Source: Spirochaetaceae bacterium (GTDB lineage Bacteria > Spirochaetota > Spirochaetia > DSM-2461). Taken from it: a DNA stretch of 64,000 nt. The notes beneath the pieces were generated by a model. It did not search any database. It was not told the DNA's origin and saw only the letters and a program-made list of their open reading frames with translations. A program made the position numbers and the translations under genes. Numbering within the stretch: position 1 is the first letter of the stretch; every line of letters begins with the position of its first letter. Positions 48,310-58,615 of the stretch are shown one piece after another. Location: assembly GCA_965224705.1 (NCBI GenBank), contig OZ245056.1:2368001-2432000 (forward strand), written 5' to 3'.

Positions 48310-50025
48310 ATGCTTGAATGGCTTGAGAATATCTACAGCAGGTTCAAGGAATTCTGGGGGCAATTAGCAGCGATAAAAAAACTGGCCTTTATCGGTATAA
48401 TTGTAATAGTGGCAGGGGCATTTATTCTCCTTGGAGTATTGTCCTCAAGTCCAGTCCAGACAGCGATATTCAATGCGGCGATTACTGATGAGGAGTGGCT
48501 CATACGGATATCGACAGCACTGGATTCTGAAAATATTGATTACAGCAGAGGTGCCGATGGACGCTTCTATACTGAAAATGAAGCAACGGCAAGGTTGGCA
48601 AGAACATTGCTTGTACGGGAAGATCTTATCCCCGGCCAACTGGATCCATGGAATTTCTTCACAAATATGGACCGGTGGACACTCACTGATTTTGATAGAA
48701 ATATAAATTTACAGCGTGCTCTGACAACGAATCTTGAGGAACACATTGCGGCACTGAGCGATGTGGATTCTGCCAAAGTCACTCTTGTCATGCCAGAAAC
48801 ACAGTTCTTTGTAGAAGACCAGAAACCGGTAACGGCATCGGTTATCATCCACCCAAAGCCGGGAAGTGATATCAGCGAGAACAGGAACAAAGTTGAAGGT
48901 ATCGTCAAGCTTATCCAGTTTGCCGTGGAAGGACTGACAGCTGAAAACATAACAATAATGGATTTTCGCGGTACACTGCTCAATGATTACGATTCATTGG
49001 ATGAAGTCGATCGTTTGAATCTTACAACTCGAATGCTCCGTCAGAAAAGAGCACTGGAAGCACAGTATACCGCAGGCATTCTTGAATCCTTGAGCAGTGT
49101 ATTTACACCCTCACGCGTGAATATCGTAAACTTTGACATTGATCTGGAGTTCGTAAAAAAATCGATCGAAACGCAGGAACATTTTCCCGTCACCATGAAA
49201 GAAGATGATCCTGGCACACCCTACAGTGAATTGGAAGTTGCACCATCAATTATTCGCAGTCGGGAAAACACATCAGAGAACTTTGAAGGTACTGGCTTCA
49301 ATCCCGAGGGCCCCCCGGGCCAGGAAGGTCAAACACCGCCCGCATATCAGGATTTAACCAATCTTGTTGGACATTATGAGTCCGACAGGAATATTGAGAA
49401 TTTTGAGATCAACAAGCGAAGCATAATCGAGGAAAAAAGTCCCTATGAGATAAAAAGGATAAGCCTGGGAATGGTTATTGATGGGACATGGGAGACTAAA
49501 TACGATGAAAACAACGATCCCGTCATTTTACCCGATGGCGGACGAGAGCGGGAGTATTCTCCAGTCCCTGAGGAAGTATTGAAACAGGCACAGGACGTTG
49601 TTAAAAGTGCCATTGGTTTCTCTCTGCTTCGGGGAGATGTTGTGACGGTTGAAAACATTCCATTTGATAGAAGTGCTCAATTTGAACTTGAAGATGCTCA
49701 GTGGATGAAAGCACAGCAGACAAGAAAAATAATCGTATGGAGTGTCCTCGGCTTAATCGGAGCTGTTGTACTGTTTGTAATAGCACAGGTCATCAGCAGA
49801 TTCCTTGAAAAACGACAGCGTGACAGAGAAGAACGACTGGCGAGACAACATCAATCCATGCGTGAACAGGCATTACGGGATGCCGTGGATGATGGAATTG
49901 AAATAGAAATGTCCGTAGAAGAAAGAGCACGTCTTGAATTACAGGATAATGCCAAGAGTCTGGCACAGGAATATCCTGAAGATGTAGCTCAACTCCTGAA
50001 AACCTGGATCGCTTCGGAGAAATAA
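48310..50025 (+). CDS. fliF: Flagellar MS-ring protein FliF
   Basis: Two TM segments, WTLTDFDR, VTASV, NPEGPPG, RGDVVTV, PEDVAQLLKTW. Confidence 0.95.
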   Translation: MLEWLENIYSRFKEFWGQLAAIKKLAFIGIIVIVAGAFILLGVLSSSPVQTAIFNAAITDEEWLIRISTALDSENIDYSRGADGRFYTENEATARLARTLLVREDLIPGQLDPWNFFTNMDRWTLTDFDRNINLQRALTTNLEEHIAALSDVDSAKVTLVMPETQFFVEDQKPVTASVIIHPKPGSDISENRNKVEGIVKLIQFAVEGLTAENITIMDFRGTLLNDYDSLDEVDRLNLTTRMLRQKRALEAQYTAGILESLSSVFTPSRVNIVNFDIDLEFVKKSIETQEHFPVTMKEDDPGTPYSELEVAPSIIRSRENTSENFEGTGFNPEGPPGQEGQTPPAYQDLTNLVGHYESDRNIENFEINKRSIIEEKSPYEIKRISLGMVIDGTWETKYDENNDPVILPDGGREREYSPVPEEVLKQAQDVVKSAIGFSLLRGDVVTVENIPFDRSAQFELEDAQWMKAQQTRKIIVWSVLGLIGAVVLFVIAQVISRFLEKRQRDREERLARQHQSMREQALRDAVDDGIEIEMSVEERARLELQDNAKSLAQEYPEDVAQLLKTWIASEK

Positions 50026-50028
50026 TCA

Positions 50029-51084
50029 ATGGCTAAGACGAATGAGATGGACAATAGTACAGCTTCTGAATCAGGTGGATCGGTAAACACACTCAATGGG
50101 AAACAGAAATCCGCTATATTTCTTGTAACCATGGGAACTGAGATATCATCTGAAATTTTCAAGCACCTGAAGGATGAGGATATAGAAGTACTGACATGGG
50201 AAATTACAAGACTGGGTGACATCGATTCTGCTGACAGAGATCTTGTTCTTCAGGAATTTCATGCACTGATGCTTGCCCAGGACTTCGTTACATCAGGAGG
50301 TGTCGATTATGCCAGGGAAATTCTTGAAAAATCTATGGGGGCACAGAAATCTGCGGAAATCGTAAGCCGTCTTACCAGTTCTATTAAAACTCGTCCATTT
50401 GACTTCATTCGCCGCACAGATCCAGCGAACCTTCTCAATCTGATTCAGCAGGAACATCCCCAAACTATCGCACTGATTCTCGCCTATCTTGAACCTGCAA
50501 AAGCCTCACAGATCATTGCCCAGCTGAGTCCGGAAAAACAATCGGATGTTGCTAAGAGAATTGCAACAATGGATAGAACCAGTCCAGAGATCTTGAGGGA
50601 AGTTGAAAGGGTCCTGGATAAAAAACTTGCATCGCTTTCACAGGAGGATTATACGGTAGCCGGTGGGGTAGAGAACATTGTTGACATACTCAACCTTGCA
50701 GATAGATCGACTGAAAAGTCCATTATTGAATCATTGGAAGAAGAGGATCCTGAGCTTGCTGAAGAGATCAAAAAACGTATGTTTGTATTTGAAGATATTG
50801 TTATGCTGGACGACAGAGCTATTCAGCGGGTTCTCAGAGAAGTTGATGCCAGTGAATTGTCCAAGGCACTCAGATCTGTAGATTCTGAAGTTCAGGATAA
50901 AATATTCCGAAACATGTCGAAGAGGGCGGCAGTGCTTCTCAAGGAAGATATGGATTATCAGGGACCCACTCGAAAAAAAGATGTGGAAGAATCTCAGCAG
51001 AGAATTGTCGGAATTATAAGGAAACTTGAAGATCAGGGAGACATTGTCATTGCCCGTACTGGCGAGGAGGATGTTCTTGTTTAA
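50029..51084 (+). CDS. fliG: Flagellar motor switch protein FliG
   Basis: PFDFIRR, EHPQTIALIL, MFVFED, NMSKRAA. Confidence 0.97.
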   Translation: MAKTNEMDNSTASESGGSVNTLNGKQKSAIFLVTMGTEISSEIFKHLKDEDIEVLTWEITRLGDIDSADRDLVLQEFHALMLAQDFVTSGGVDYAREILEKSMGAQKSAEIVSRLTSSIKTRPFDFIRRTDPANLLNLIQQEHPQTIALILAYLEPAKASQIIAQLSPEKQSDVAKRIATMDRTSPEILREVERVLDKKLASLSQEDYTVAGGVENIVDILNLADRSTEKSIIESLEEEDPELAEEIKKRMFVFEDIVMLDDRAIQRVLREVDASELSKALRSVDSEVQDKIFRNMSKRAAVLLKEDMDYQGPTRKKDVEESQQRIVGIIRKLEDQGDIVIARTGEEDVLV

Positions 51085-51101
51085 CGGGGCAGGAGTAAGA
51101 T

Positions 51102-52001
51102 ATGGCAAAGAATTTTTTCCAGCATGTGGAAATAGTTGAGCTGACCGGGCAGAAGTTTGAAGTAAAAGCTCCGGTATTCAAAGTCGAAGAACCAGTCTCT
51201 TCAACTCCTTCGGAAGAGGATGTCCTCAGGCAATACAGAGAAGAAGCTGAGGCTTTCAAGAAATCCTGGGAAGCTGAGAAGTTGAAAATGATTGAGCAGG
51301 CTCAGCATGAAGCAGAAAAAATTAGAACGGAAGCTGAGGAATTCTCCAAAGAGATGATGCGTACCAGTGTCGAATCAGCCAATCAGGAGAGACAAAAAGC
51401 TGAAGCTGAAGCAGAGGGAATAAAAGCTGAAGCTGAAGATGCAGCAAAGCGTATTGTGGAAGAGGCCGAAGCCAAACGGAATGAGATGTATGAAGAAACA
51501 CATACCGCTGCCCTGAAAGAGGCAAGTGAGGAAGGATGGAAAGAAGGAAAAGCAGAAGTTGATCGCTTAGTAGAACGCCTCCACAGTATCATCAATTCGT
51601 CAATTCAGAAACGTCGGGAGATAATAGAGGATGTAGAACTTCAGCTCATTGATCTGGTTTTATTGATTTCCCGAAAAGTCATCAAAGTTATCAGTGAAAA
51701 ACAGAAGAATGTTGTTACTCAGAATATAATCCATGCACTTAAGAAGATCAAAGCCCGTGGTGATGTTGCGATTCGAGTTAATCTGGCTGATCTTGAACTG
51801 ACAACCAGGCATACTGAGGATTTCCTGGCCATGGTGGAAAACTCCTCTATCAAGGTTCTTGAGGATTCCTCTGTTGATAGGGGCGGAGCTGTTATTGAAA
51901 CTGATTTTGGACAGATAGATGCACGGATCCATAGTCAACTGCGGGAAATTGAGGAAAAAATTCTGGAGATTATACCCATTAAATCGACCGAGGAAAGTTA
52001 G
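51102..52001 (+). CDS. fliH: Flagellar assembly protein FliH
   Basis: E/A-rich coiled coil; GGAVIETDFGQIDARI. Confidence 0.92.
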   Translation: MAKNFFQHVEIVELTGQKFEVKAPVFKVEEPVSSTPSEEDVLRQYREEAEAFKKSWEAEKLKMIEQAQHEAEKIRTEAEEFSKEMMRTSVESANQERQKAEAEAEGIKAEAEDAAKRIVEEAEAKRNEMYEETHTAALKEASEEGWKEGKAEVDRLVERLHSIINSSIQKRREIIEDVELQLIDLVLLISRKVIKVISEKQKNVVTQNIIHALKKIKARGDVAIRVNLADLELTTRHTEDFLAMVENSSIKVLEDSSVDRGGAVIETDFGQIDARIHSQLREIEEKILEIIPIKSTEES

Positions 52002-52002
52002 C

Positions 52003-53352
52003 ATGGTATTGGACAAGTATCTGGATGCAATTGTAGATGTTGATCCGGCCAAATTCGTTGGCAAAGTTGTTCATGTACAGGGACTTCTTATTGAAAGTCG
52101 AGGTCCAAGGGCCGCTGTTGGAGAATTGTGCCATATCAATTCTTCCCGGGGAAGAACTCTAGCCGCAGAAGTGGTGGCCATTAAAGGGGAGATTGTTCAG
52201 CTGATGAGTTATGATCCTCTCCACGGTCTGGAAGTCGGTGACGCTGTTGTTGCATCAGGATCTGCTCTTGATGTTTCTGTGGGACTTAAAATGCTGGGAC
52301 GGGTATTTGATTCCCTTGGACGGCCAATTGACGGTCAGGGTCCGTTTTCTGTACAGGGACGATATCCATTGCATGAATCCTCCCCCAGACCAATGGAAAG
52401 GGCCCCGATATCCGGAAGGGTTGATACAGGAATACGGGCAATTGATGCCATTATGCCCATAGGTCAGGGACAGAGAATGGGGATAATGGCCGGATCGGGT
52501 GTCGGTAAATCAACTCTGCTTGGCATGATTGCCCGAAACACTTCTGCGGATGTGAACGTCATTGCATTGATTGGTGAACGTGGACGTGAAGTGAGGGAAT
52601 TCATCGAAAACGATCTTGGCAGGGAGGGCCTTAAACGATCTGTTTTAGTTGTCTCAACTTCCGATACACCAGCTCTTGCACGAGTCAGAGGTGCATTCAC
52701 TGCAACAGCAATTGCTGAATACTTCCGCAATGAGGGAAACCGTGTCATGCTTTTATTCGACTCAATAACACGCTTTGCCATGAGCCAGCGGGAAATTGGT
52801 CTTGCCATAGGTGAACCGCCGACGACACGAAGCTATACACCGTCTGTTTTTTCTCTTTTACCCAGTTTACTTGAACGTTCCGGGGTTTCTGAGAAAGGAA
52901 CTATTACCGGACTGTATACTGTACTTGTGGAAGGCGATGATTTTGATGAGCCAATAGCGGATGCGGCCCGGGGTTATCTGGATGGACACATTGTTCTCAG
53001 CCGAAGTTTAGCCGACAGGAGTCATTACCCCGCCATCGATATTCTCACTTCCATCAGTCGAGTTGCCCCCCGACTAATGAATAAACGTACTGCTGAAGCG
53101 TCCGAAAAAATCAAAAAACTCGTTGCTACCTACCGGGACAAGGAAGATCTCATTGATGTTGGTGCCTATGTAGCAGGAAGCAATGCCGATATTGATGAGG
53201 CCATCGAAAAACGTGAACCAATTAATGATTTCCTCAAACAGAAAATAACTGAAAAGGAAAATTCAGGGAGTGTTTTTGCAAGGTTGGCTGAAATTGCTGG
53301 ATTAGAGCCAGAATCTGGAGAACCTGATGAAGAGATTTCGGTTTACGCTTGA
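52003..53352 (+). CDS. fliI: Flagellar export ATPase FliI
   Basis: GSGVGKS, IGERGRE, DSITRFA, DGHIVL, YPAID. Confidence 0.96.
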   Translation: MVLDKYLDAIVDVDPAKFVGKVVHVQGLLIESRGPRAAVGELCHINSSRGRTLAAEVVAIKGEIVQLMSYDPLHGLEVGDAVVASGSALDVSVGLKMLGRVFDSLGRPIDGQGPFSVQGRYPLHESSPRPMERAPISGRVDTGIRAIDAIMPIGQGQRMGIMAGSGVGKSTLLGMIARNTSADVNVIALIGERGREVREFIENDLGREGLKRSVLVVSTSDTPALARVRGAFTATAIAEYFRNEGNRVMLLFDSITRFAMSQREIGLAIGEPPTTRSYTPSVFSLLPSLLERSGVSEKGTITGLYTVLVEGDDFDEPIADAARGYLDGHIVLSRSLADRSHYPAIDILTSISRVAPRLMNKRTAEASEKIKKLVATYRDKEDLIDVGAYVAGSNADIDEAIEKREPINDFLKQKITEKENSGSVFARLAEIAGLEPESGEPDEEISVYA

Positions 53353-53779
53353 AACCCTCCTCAATCTGCGCCGTGAAAAGGAACAGGAATGTGAGATCAC
53401 ATTGGCACGTGCCGCAGGAAAACTCAAAATGATAGAGAAGGAAATAGAAGCTGTTCGGCAGACTGGTGATGAAGTTTTTACCCAGAAAATTGAAACTCTT
53501 GATGATCTACAGGCCAGAGATAGAATCTGGTTGAAAATGGTGAATGAACTCAAAAAACTGGAGGTCTCCAGACAGGAGGCTTTTTCTCACTATGAAACTG
53601 CTGGAAAGCAATACAGAGAAGCCTACATGCAGCATAAGACTCTGGATAGATTGAAGGAGCGGCGATTGGAGCATTGGAAAGGAACTGCGGCCCGAGAAGA
53701 AATCAATCAGCGTGATGAAGTGGCAAGAGGTGTGGGAAGAAGAAGACGTGTAATGGGAGAAACATATGAGTATTCGTGA
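53327..53779 (+). CDS. fliJ: Flagellar export protein FliJ
   Basis: MKRFRFTLETLLNLR; position after fliI. Confidence 0.88.
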   Translation: MKRFRFTLETLLNLRREKEQECEITLARAAGKLKMIEKEIEAVRQTGDEVFTQKIETLDDLQARDRIWLKMVNELKKLEVSRQEAFSHYETAGKQYREAYMQHKTLDRLKERRLEHWKGTAAREEINQRDEVARGVGRRRRVMGETYEYS

Positions 53780-54422
53780 AATTGGTGTTGTGATCGCCAA
53801 AATAGTATTCATGCTCATACTCCTGCTGACCGTGATAACCGGCGGTCTTGTCTGGATGGATTATCTTGGATTCATTGACTTCAGATCCCGGCTGGCACCT
53901 GTCGCTTCTTTTCTGGGTTTCAAAGCATTGGAACAGGAAGAACAGCCTTTTTCTCCTGTCCTGCTCGATGATGAGCGCCTGGAAAAAGAGCGCCAGGCAT
54001 TGACCATTCGGCAGCAGGAATTTGAGAAGATGATGGAGGAGTTTGCTCTCAGGGAAGCAGAATTAAAACAGAGAGAGAGTGAAATAGCCGAAAGAGAAAA
54101 ATCGGTTGAAGAAAGACAGAATTCTCTAAACGAGGCCATCAGTCAATACGACAATAGAATAGTAAACCTGGAGCAAACGGCACAGTACATGATGGGAATG
54201 CCTCCCTCTGATGCTGTTGCGATTATGGATCAATATGAGTTGAATAATCTTGTCGATCTGCTCCGGACGAGTGAACGTCTGTCCCAGGCGGCTGGAGAAG
54301 CATCACTGGTATCCTTCTGGCTTTCCATCATGTCTGATCGAAATCGAGCGGCAGAAATACAGCGTTTACTGGTGGAGAAACCCGGTATGAGTCTGAATAG
54401 TCAAAGATTTCAGGAGAATTGA
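53766..54422 (+). CDS. flbB: Periplasmic flagellar collar protein FlbB
   Basis: TM segment plus W.DYLG, LDDERL, GMPP..AV, SLVSFWLS, RAAEIQR. Confidence 0.85.
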   Translation: MSIREIGVVIAKIVFMLILLLTVITGGLVWMDYLGFIDFRSRLAPVASFLGFKALEQEEQPFSPVLLDDERLEKERQALTIRQQEFEKMMEEFALREAELKQRESEIAEREKSVEERQNSLNEAISQYDNRIVNLEQTAQYMMGMPPSDAVAIMDQYELNNLVDLLRTSERLSQAAGEASLVSFWLSIMSDRNRAAEIQRLLVEKPGMSLNSQRFQEN

Positions 54423-55702
54423 TGACCAGTTTGTCGTTTAAAGAATTGAATAATGTTGAAGGACAGGAAAACGCTCTTCGATTAGAATCCGGGAAAATTT
54501 TCAGGAACAATGATCGAAAAAAAACTTCAAAGGCAACATTCAAAGACGCACTGAAGAAGGCTGCATCAAACGATCAAACGACTCCTCGGAAGAATGCGTC
54601 AAAGAGCAGTCCTCCGTCCAGAAAAAATGCGGCAGAACTGCGGACAGATGTGAAACTGACAGGAATAGAGAAATCGGGCAGAACACTTGCAAAGATAAAA
54701 CTGACAGGGACTGAAAAAACAGCGGATCAACCTTCCCCGGACGTTAAAGAAGCAGCAGAGATAAAAGAAAAAAATGCAGTTGATCATAGATCAGATGATT
54801 CCCTGTTTGAATTACAGGGGAAGAAAAAAAATGGGCTGAAAAAATCCGCAGCATTAATCTCAAAGTCAGCCGAGGATGATGCGCCTTTATCTTCCAGGCT
54901 GGATGCAGAGAGTATAGCAGCCGGGTTCAATGATGGTAAAGACGGGCAGCAAGTCAAAAAGGGAAGGAATGAAAAAACCAGGGAGCTGGAAAACACAAAA
55001 AAATTCTCCAATGGTGAACAGTCGATAATAAAACTCTCAAACCTGACAGATAATTCCAGACGGGTGGAGGTTATCGACAGGCGAGTGCTCTCCTCTCAAA
55101 AAGTGGCCGAATCCAGGCAGAGAAATCATAGGAAGAAGGCTGCCGGGTCAGGTGCGGATCTTTCAGGAACTTTGATTCGAAATTCTGGTGATTCCAAATT
55201 TGCCATTCTCGAAACCGAAATAAATATTCCCAGGAGTTTTGGGAATAGAACAGGTACAGAAAGCATTGCAGAGGCATTATCCAGGAAGCTTGATAATCAA
55301 TCCGGAAATGAAATCGTTCAGCAGGTGAAGCTTCTTCTCAATCGTGCGGAATCTGGTGAGATCAGGATTAATTTGAAACCGGACAGTCTTGGCCGGGTCA
55401 GAGTGAATATACAGATGGAGAATAATCGTCTTTCCGGCAGAGTTCTTGTTGAATCTGCTGCGGCAAGAAATGCTTTCCGTTCCAGCCTGGATAATTTGCA
55501 GGCGAAATTAATTGAAAGCGGGTTCAATGACGCCGATCTTACTCTTACATGGGATGACAGGAGCAATCAGCATCCCGGCCAGGGCGGCCGCTTTGCAAAC
55601 AGGGATAGCAGTGGCGATATAAAAAAAGCCATTCAGGATTTTGAAGTCTTATCTGCCGGGAACTACAGTGTTTTCGAAGGGCAGATAGATATGGTGGTGT
55701 AG
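54419..55702 (+). CDS. fliK: Flagellar hook-length control protein FliK
   Basis: Low-complexity N-terminus; GEIRINLKPDSLGRV domain. Confidence 0.88.
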   Translation: MMTSLSFKELNNVEGQENALRLESGKIFRNNDRKKTSKATFKDALKKAASNDQTTPRKNASKSSPPSRKNAAELRTDVKLTGIEKSGRTLAKIKLTGTEKTADQPSPDVKEAAEIKEKNAVDHRSDDSLFELQGKKKNGLKKSAALISKSAEDDAPLSSRLDAESIAAGFNDGKDGQQVKKGRNEKTRELENTKKFSNGEQSIIKLSNLTDNSRRVEVIDRRVLSSQKVAESRQRNHRKKAAGSGADLSGTLIRNSGDSKFAILETEINIPRSFGNRTGTESIAEALSRKLDNQSGNEIVQQVKLLLNRAESGEIRINLKPDSLGRVRVNIQMENNRLSGRVLVESAAARNAFRSSLDNLQAKLIESGFNDADLTLTWDDRSNQHPGQGGRFANRDSSGDIKKAIQDFEVLSAGNYSVFEGQIDMVV

Positions 55703-55710
55703 GAGTCAGT

Positions 55711-56145
55711 ATGGATATAGTCAACACTTTGAGTGGGCCCAGTCTTGTGGATCTTGAGAGACAGGTTGATTCATTGAATGCAAAGATGAGTCACACACGC
55801 AGCGTACAGGAAAATCTTCAGAGGGATGATTTTCTCAAGATTCTGATTACTCAGCTTCAGCATCAGAATCCATCAAAGCCAATGGAAGACAGGGAGTTCA
55901 TTGCTCAAATGGCCCAGTTCTCATCATTGGAACAGATGACCAACATGAGCCGACAGTTTGCGGAGCTTTCAGCAACGATGAAAAATGCCCAGGCTGTGAA
56001 TCTTGTGGGGCGGAGTGTGGAGATAAATCATGGGAAATCAACAGTTCATGGAATTGTTGAAGCTGTCAACGGCAACACATTCCCGCAATTACTTGTGGAT
56101 GGTGTGTATTACAACTATGACGATGTTGTAAAAGTAATGAAATAA
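55711..56145 (+). CDS. flgD: Flagellar hook capping protein FlgD
   Basis: DFLKILITQLQHQNP..PM..EFIAQMAQFSSLEQ. Confidence 0.95.
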   Translation: MDIVNTLSGPSLVDLERQVDSLNAKMSHTRSVQENLQRDDFLKILITQLQHQNPSKPMEDREFIAQMAQFSSLEQMTNMSRQFAELSATMKNAQAVNLVGRSVEINHGKSTVHGIVEAVNGNTFPQLLVDGVYYNYDDVVKVMK

Positions 56146-56161
56146 CAGGAGAGATAAGACT

Positions 56162-57574
56162 ATGATGCGATCACTTTATTCCGGTGTCTCCGGTTTGCAG
56201 AATCACCAGATCCGAATGGATGTTATTGGTAATAATATTTCCAATGTGAATACGATTGGATTCAAAAGAGGGCGAGTGAATTTCCATGATCTTATTTCTC
56301 AGAACATGAGTGGTGCAGCCAGGCCAACTGATGAGGTTGGAGGTGTGAATCCCAAACAGATAGGCCTGGGAATGATGGTGGCCAGTATTGACACAATTCA
56401 TTCACAGGGGTCTTTGCAGACAACTGGGGTGATATCTGATATTGCCATCCAGGGCAATGGTTTTTACATTCTCCGTTCAGGTGATAAAGAACTCTATACG
56501 CGGGCAGGGGCATTCGACCTGGATGCTGAAGGGTATGTCGTGAATCCTGCAAATGGAATGAGACTTCAGGGATGGCTGCCTGAGGATCTGGGAGATGGTC
56601 AGTTCGGTGCCATAAAAACGGCTGCTGATGTGCAGGATCTCATTGTTCCTGTGGGTTCTAAAGATCCTGCCCGGGCTACAACTCTGGTGGAACTGGCAAG
56701 TAATCTGGATAAAAGAACCCCTGTCATACCTCCGGGTGCTGGACCGGCAACTGTTGCGGAAGGAACCTGGAATCTGGATAAGGAGATCTATGACTCCTTC
56801 GGCAATGCCCATGAAATACGCATAAACTTCACCCGGACACCGGATATCAACAATTCCTGGGATGTTGTTGTACAGATTGACGCGGACAGACCAGCCGATG
56901 CAGAAGTTCCCTCCAATGTTACATTGGGTTTCGATCCGGCAACGGCGGCTGGAAATGGTAACAATGAGGGTGAATTTACCATAACGTTTGACAATCTCGG
57001 GGCTATATCCACTGTGACTGATGCCCAGGGTAATGTAATTGATGCTGGCCGAATACAGATTCCCGTTACATTTGATATCGAAAATGACGCCAATGGTGAG
57101 ATAATTACGCAGAACTTTTTGATAGATGTGGGAGAAGTTGGCAGCTATACAAATTCCACGACTCAATTCGCAGAATCTTCAAGTACGAAGGCTTTCAGGC
57201 AGGATGGGTTTTCCATGGGCTATCTGGAAACCTACAGCATAGATCAAAAGGGCGTTATTTCCGGAATCTACTCCAATGGAACTATAAGGGAACTTGGTCA
57301 GGTAGCGTTGGCCAGCTTCACAAATCCTGGAGGCCTAACGAAAGTTGGAGAAACAGCATTCAGCCAATCGATAAATTCAGGTGAAGCTTTGCTGGGGCCT
57401 TCAGGCGTTGCCGGGAAGGGAAAAATCATTTCCGGTGCGTTGGAGATGAGCAAGGTTGATCTGGCTGAAGAATTCACTGATATGATAGTGACTCAGCGCG
57501 GTTTCCAATCCAACAGCAAGACCATCCAGACTTCAGATCAAATGCTTCAGGAACTTTTGACACTTAAACGATAA
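56162..57574 (+). CDS. flgE: Flagellar hook protein FlgE
   Basis: MMRSLYSGVSGL, GNNISNVNT, YTRAGAF, LEMSKVDLAEEFTDMIVTQRGFQ. Confidence 0.97.
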   Translation: MMRSLYSGVSGLQNHQIRMDVIGNNISNVNTIGFKRGRVNFHDLISQNMSGAARPTDEVGGVNPKQIGLGMMVASIDTIHSQGSLQTTGVISDIAIQGNGFYILRSGDKELYTRAGAFDLDAEGYVVNPANGMRLQGWLPEDLGDGQFGAIKTAADVQDLIVPVGSKDPARATTLVELASNLDKRTPVIPPGAGPATVAEGTWNLDKEIYDSFGNAHEIRINFTRTPDINNSWDVVVQIDADRPADAEVPSNVTLGFDPATAAGNGNNEGEFTITFDNLGAISTVTDAQGNVIDAGRIQIPVTFDIENDANGEIITQNFLIDVGEVGSYTNSTTQFAESSSTKAFRQDGFSMGYLETYSIDQKGVISGIYSNGTIRELGQVALASFTNPGGLTKVGETAFSQSINSGEALLGPSGVAGKGKIISGALEMSKVDLAEEFTDMIVTQRGFQSNSKTIQTSDQMLQELLTLKR

Positions 57575-57618
57575 TCAGGATATTCGTCTCACTGAGAAGA
57601 CGTTGAGGAAGATTTGGT

Positions 57619-57828
57619 ATGATCAAAGTTAGTTTGCCGGGTAAATCAGAGCGGCATGTTCTTCTGAATCCTCACTTGATTGAGTATATCGAGGAATCCG
57701 GTGCGGGAAGAACAGGGTTGTTGTTAACAACTGGCAAACGTTTTGTTGTAAACGAATCACCCAGTGAAATCCAGGCTCTGATTATTGATTACAGACGGAA
57801 GATCGGTTCTTTCTCACAAGAGGAGTAG
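57619..57828 (+). CDS. flbD: Flagellar protein FlbD
   Basis: LNPHLIEYIE...L.TGKRFVV.ES; between flgE and motA. Confidence 0.85.
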   Translation: MIKVSLPGKSERHVLLNPHLIEYIEESGAGRTGLLLTTGKRFVVNESPSEIQALIIDYRRKIGSFSQEE

Positions 57829-57832
57829 ATGT

Positions 57833-58612
57833 ATGGATATTGCAACAATCGGTGGAATGGCAGCAGGTTTAATCCTCATATTTACAGCCTTCGTTCTTGG
57901 AGGCAACAATATTATGGGGTTGGTGGATATCAACTCATTTGTTGTCGTCATATTTGGTTCTCTTGCAGCGGTTATTGCTGGTAATCCCCTGCGAAGAACA
58001 ATGAATCTTATCCGGTATATGAATATTGCTTTTCAACTTCCTTCATTGCAGGACAAAACTGTTCTTATCGGACAACTTGTTGAGTTTTCAACCAGTGCCC
58101 GCAAAGAAGGACTTCTATCTCTTGATGATTCCCTGGATGATCTGGAAGATGATTTCTTACGTGGAGGACTGCGGCTTGTCGTTGATGGTACGGATCCGGA
58201 TATTATCAAGAGAATTCTTTATACAAATCTCGATCAGGTGGAATTCCGGCATGAAAATGGAATCGGAGTATTTGAAAGATGGGCTAAACTTGCTCCGGCA
58301 TTTGGTATGATTGGAACACTTCTCGGACTCATTGGTATGATGGCGAACCTTGAAGATACAGCTTCAATCGGCCCCAATATGGCGATTGCCCTTGTCACGA
58401 CTCTTTATGGCACCATTTTTGCCAATTTGATTATCATTCCAATTCAGAGCAAACTACAGGATAGACATAATGATGAAATGCAGTTGAAGGAGATCATCAT
58501 TCAGGGAATTCTCTCCATTCAAAGTGGTGATAATCCTCGAATACTTGAGGATAAACTTTTGACATTTATACCTCCATCAGAAAGACCTACCCAGAGTGTA
58601 ACAGGAGATTAA
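57833..58612 (+). CDS. motA: Flagellar stator protein MotA
   Basis: ARKEGLL, VDG, APAFGMIGTLLGLI, ALVTTLYG, GDNPR. Confidence 0.96.
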   Translation: MDIATIGGMAAGLILIFTAFVLGGNNIMGLVDINSFVVVIFGSLAAVIAGNPLRRTMNLIRYMNIAFQLPSLQDKTVLIGQLVEFSTSARKEGLLSLDDSLDDLEDDFLRGGLRLVVDGTDPDIIKRILYTNLDQVEFRHENGIGVFERWAKLAPAFGMIGTLLGLIGMMANLEDTASIGPNMAIALVTTLYGTIFANLIIIPIQSKLQDRHNDEMQLKEIIIQGILSIQSGDNPRILEDKLLTFIPPSERPTQSVTGD

Positions 58613-58615
58613 TGC

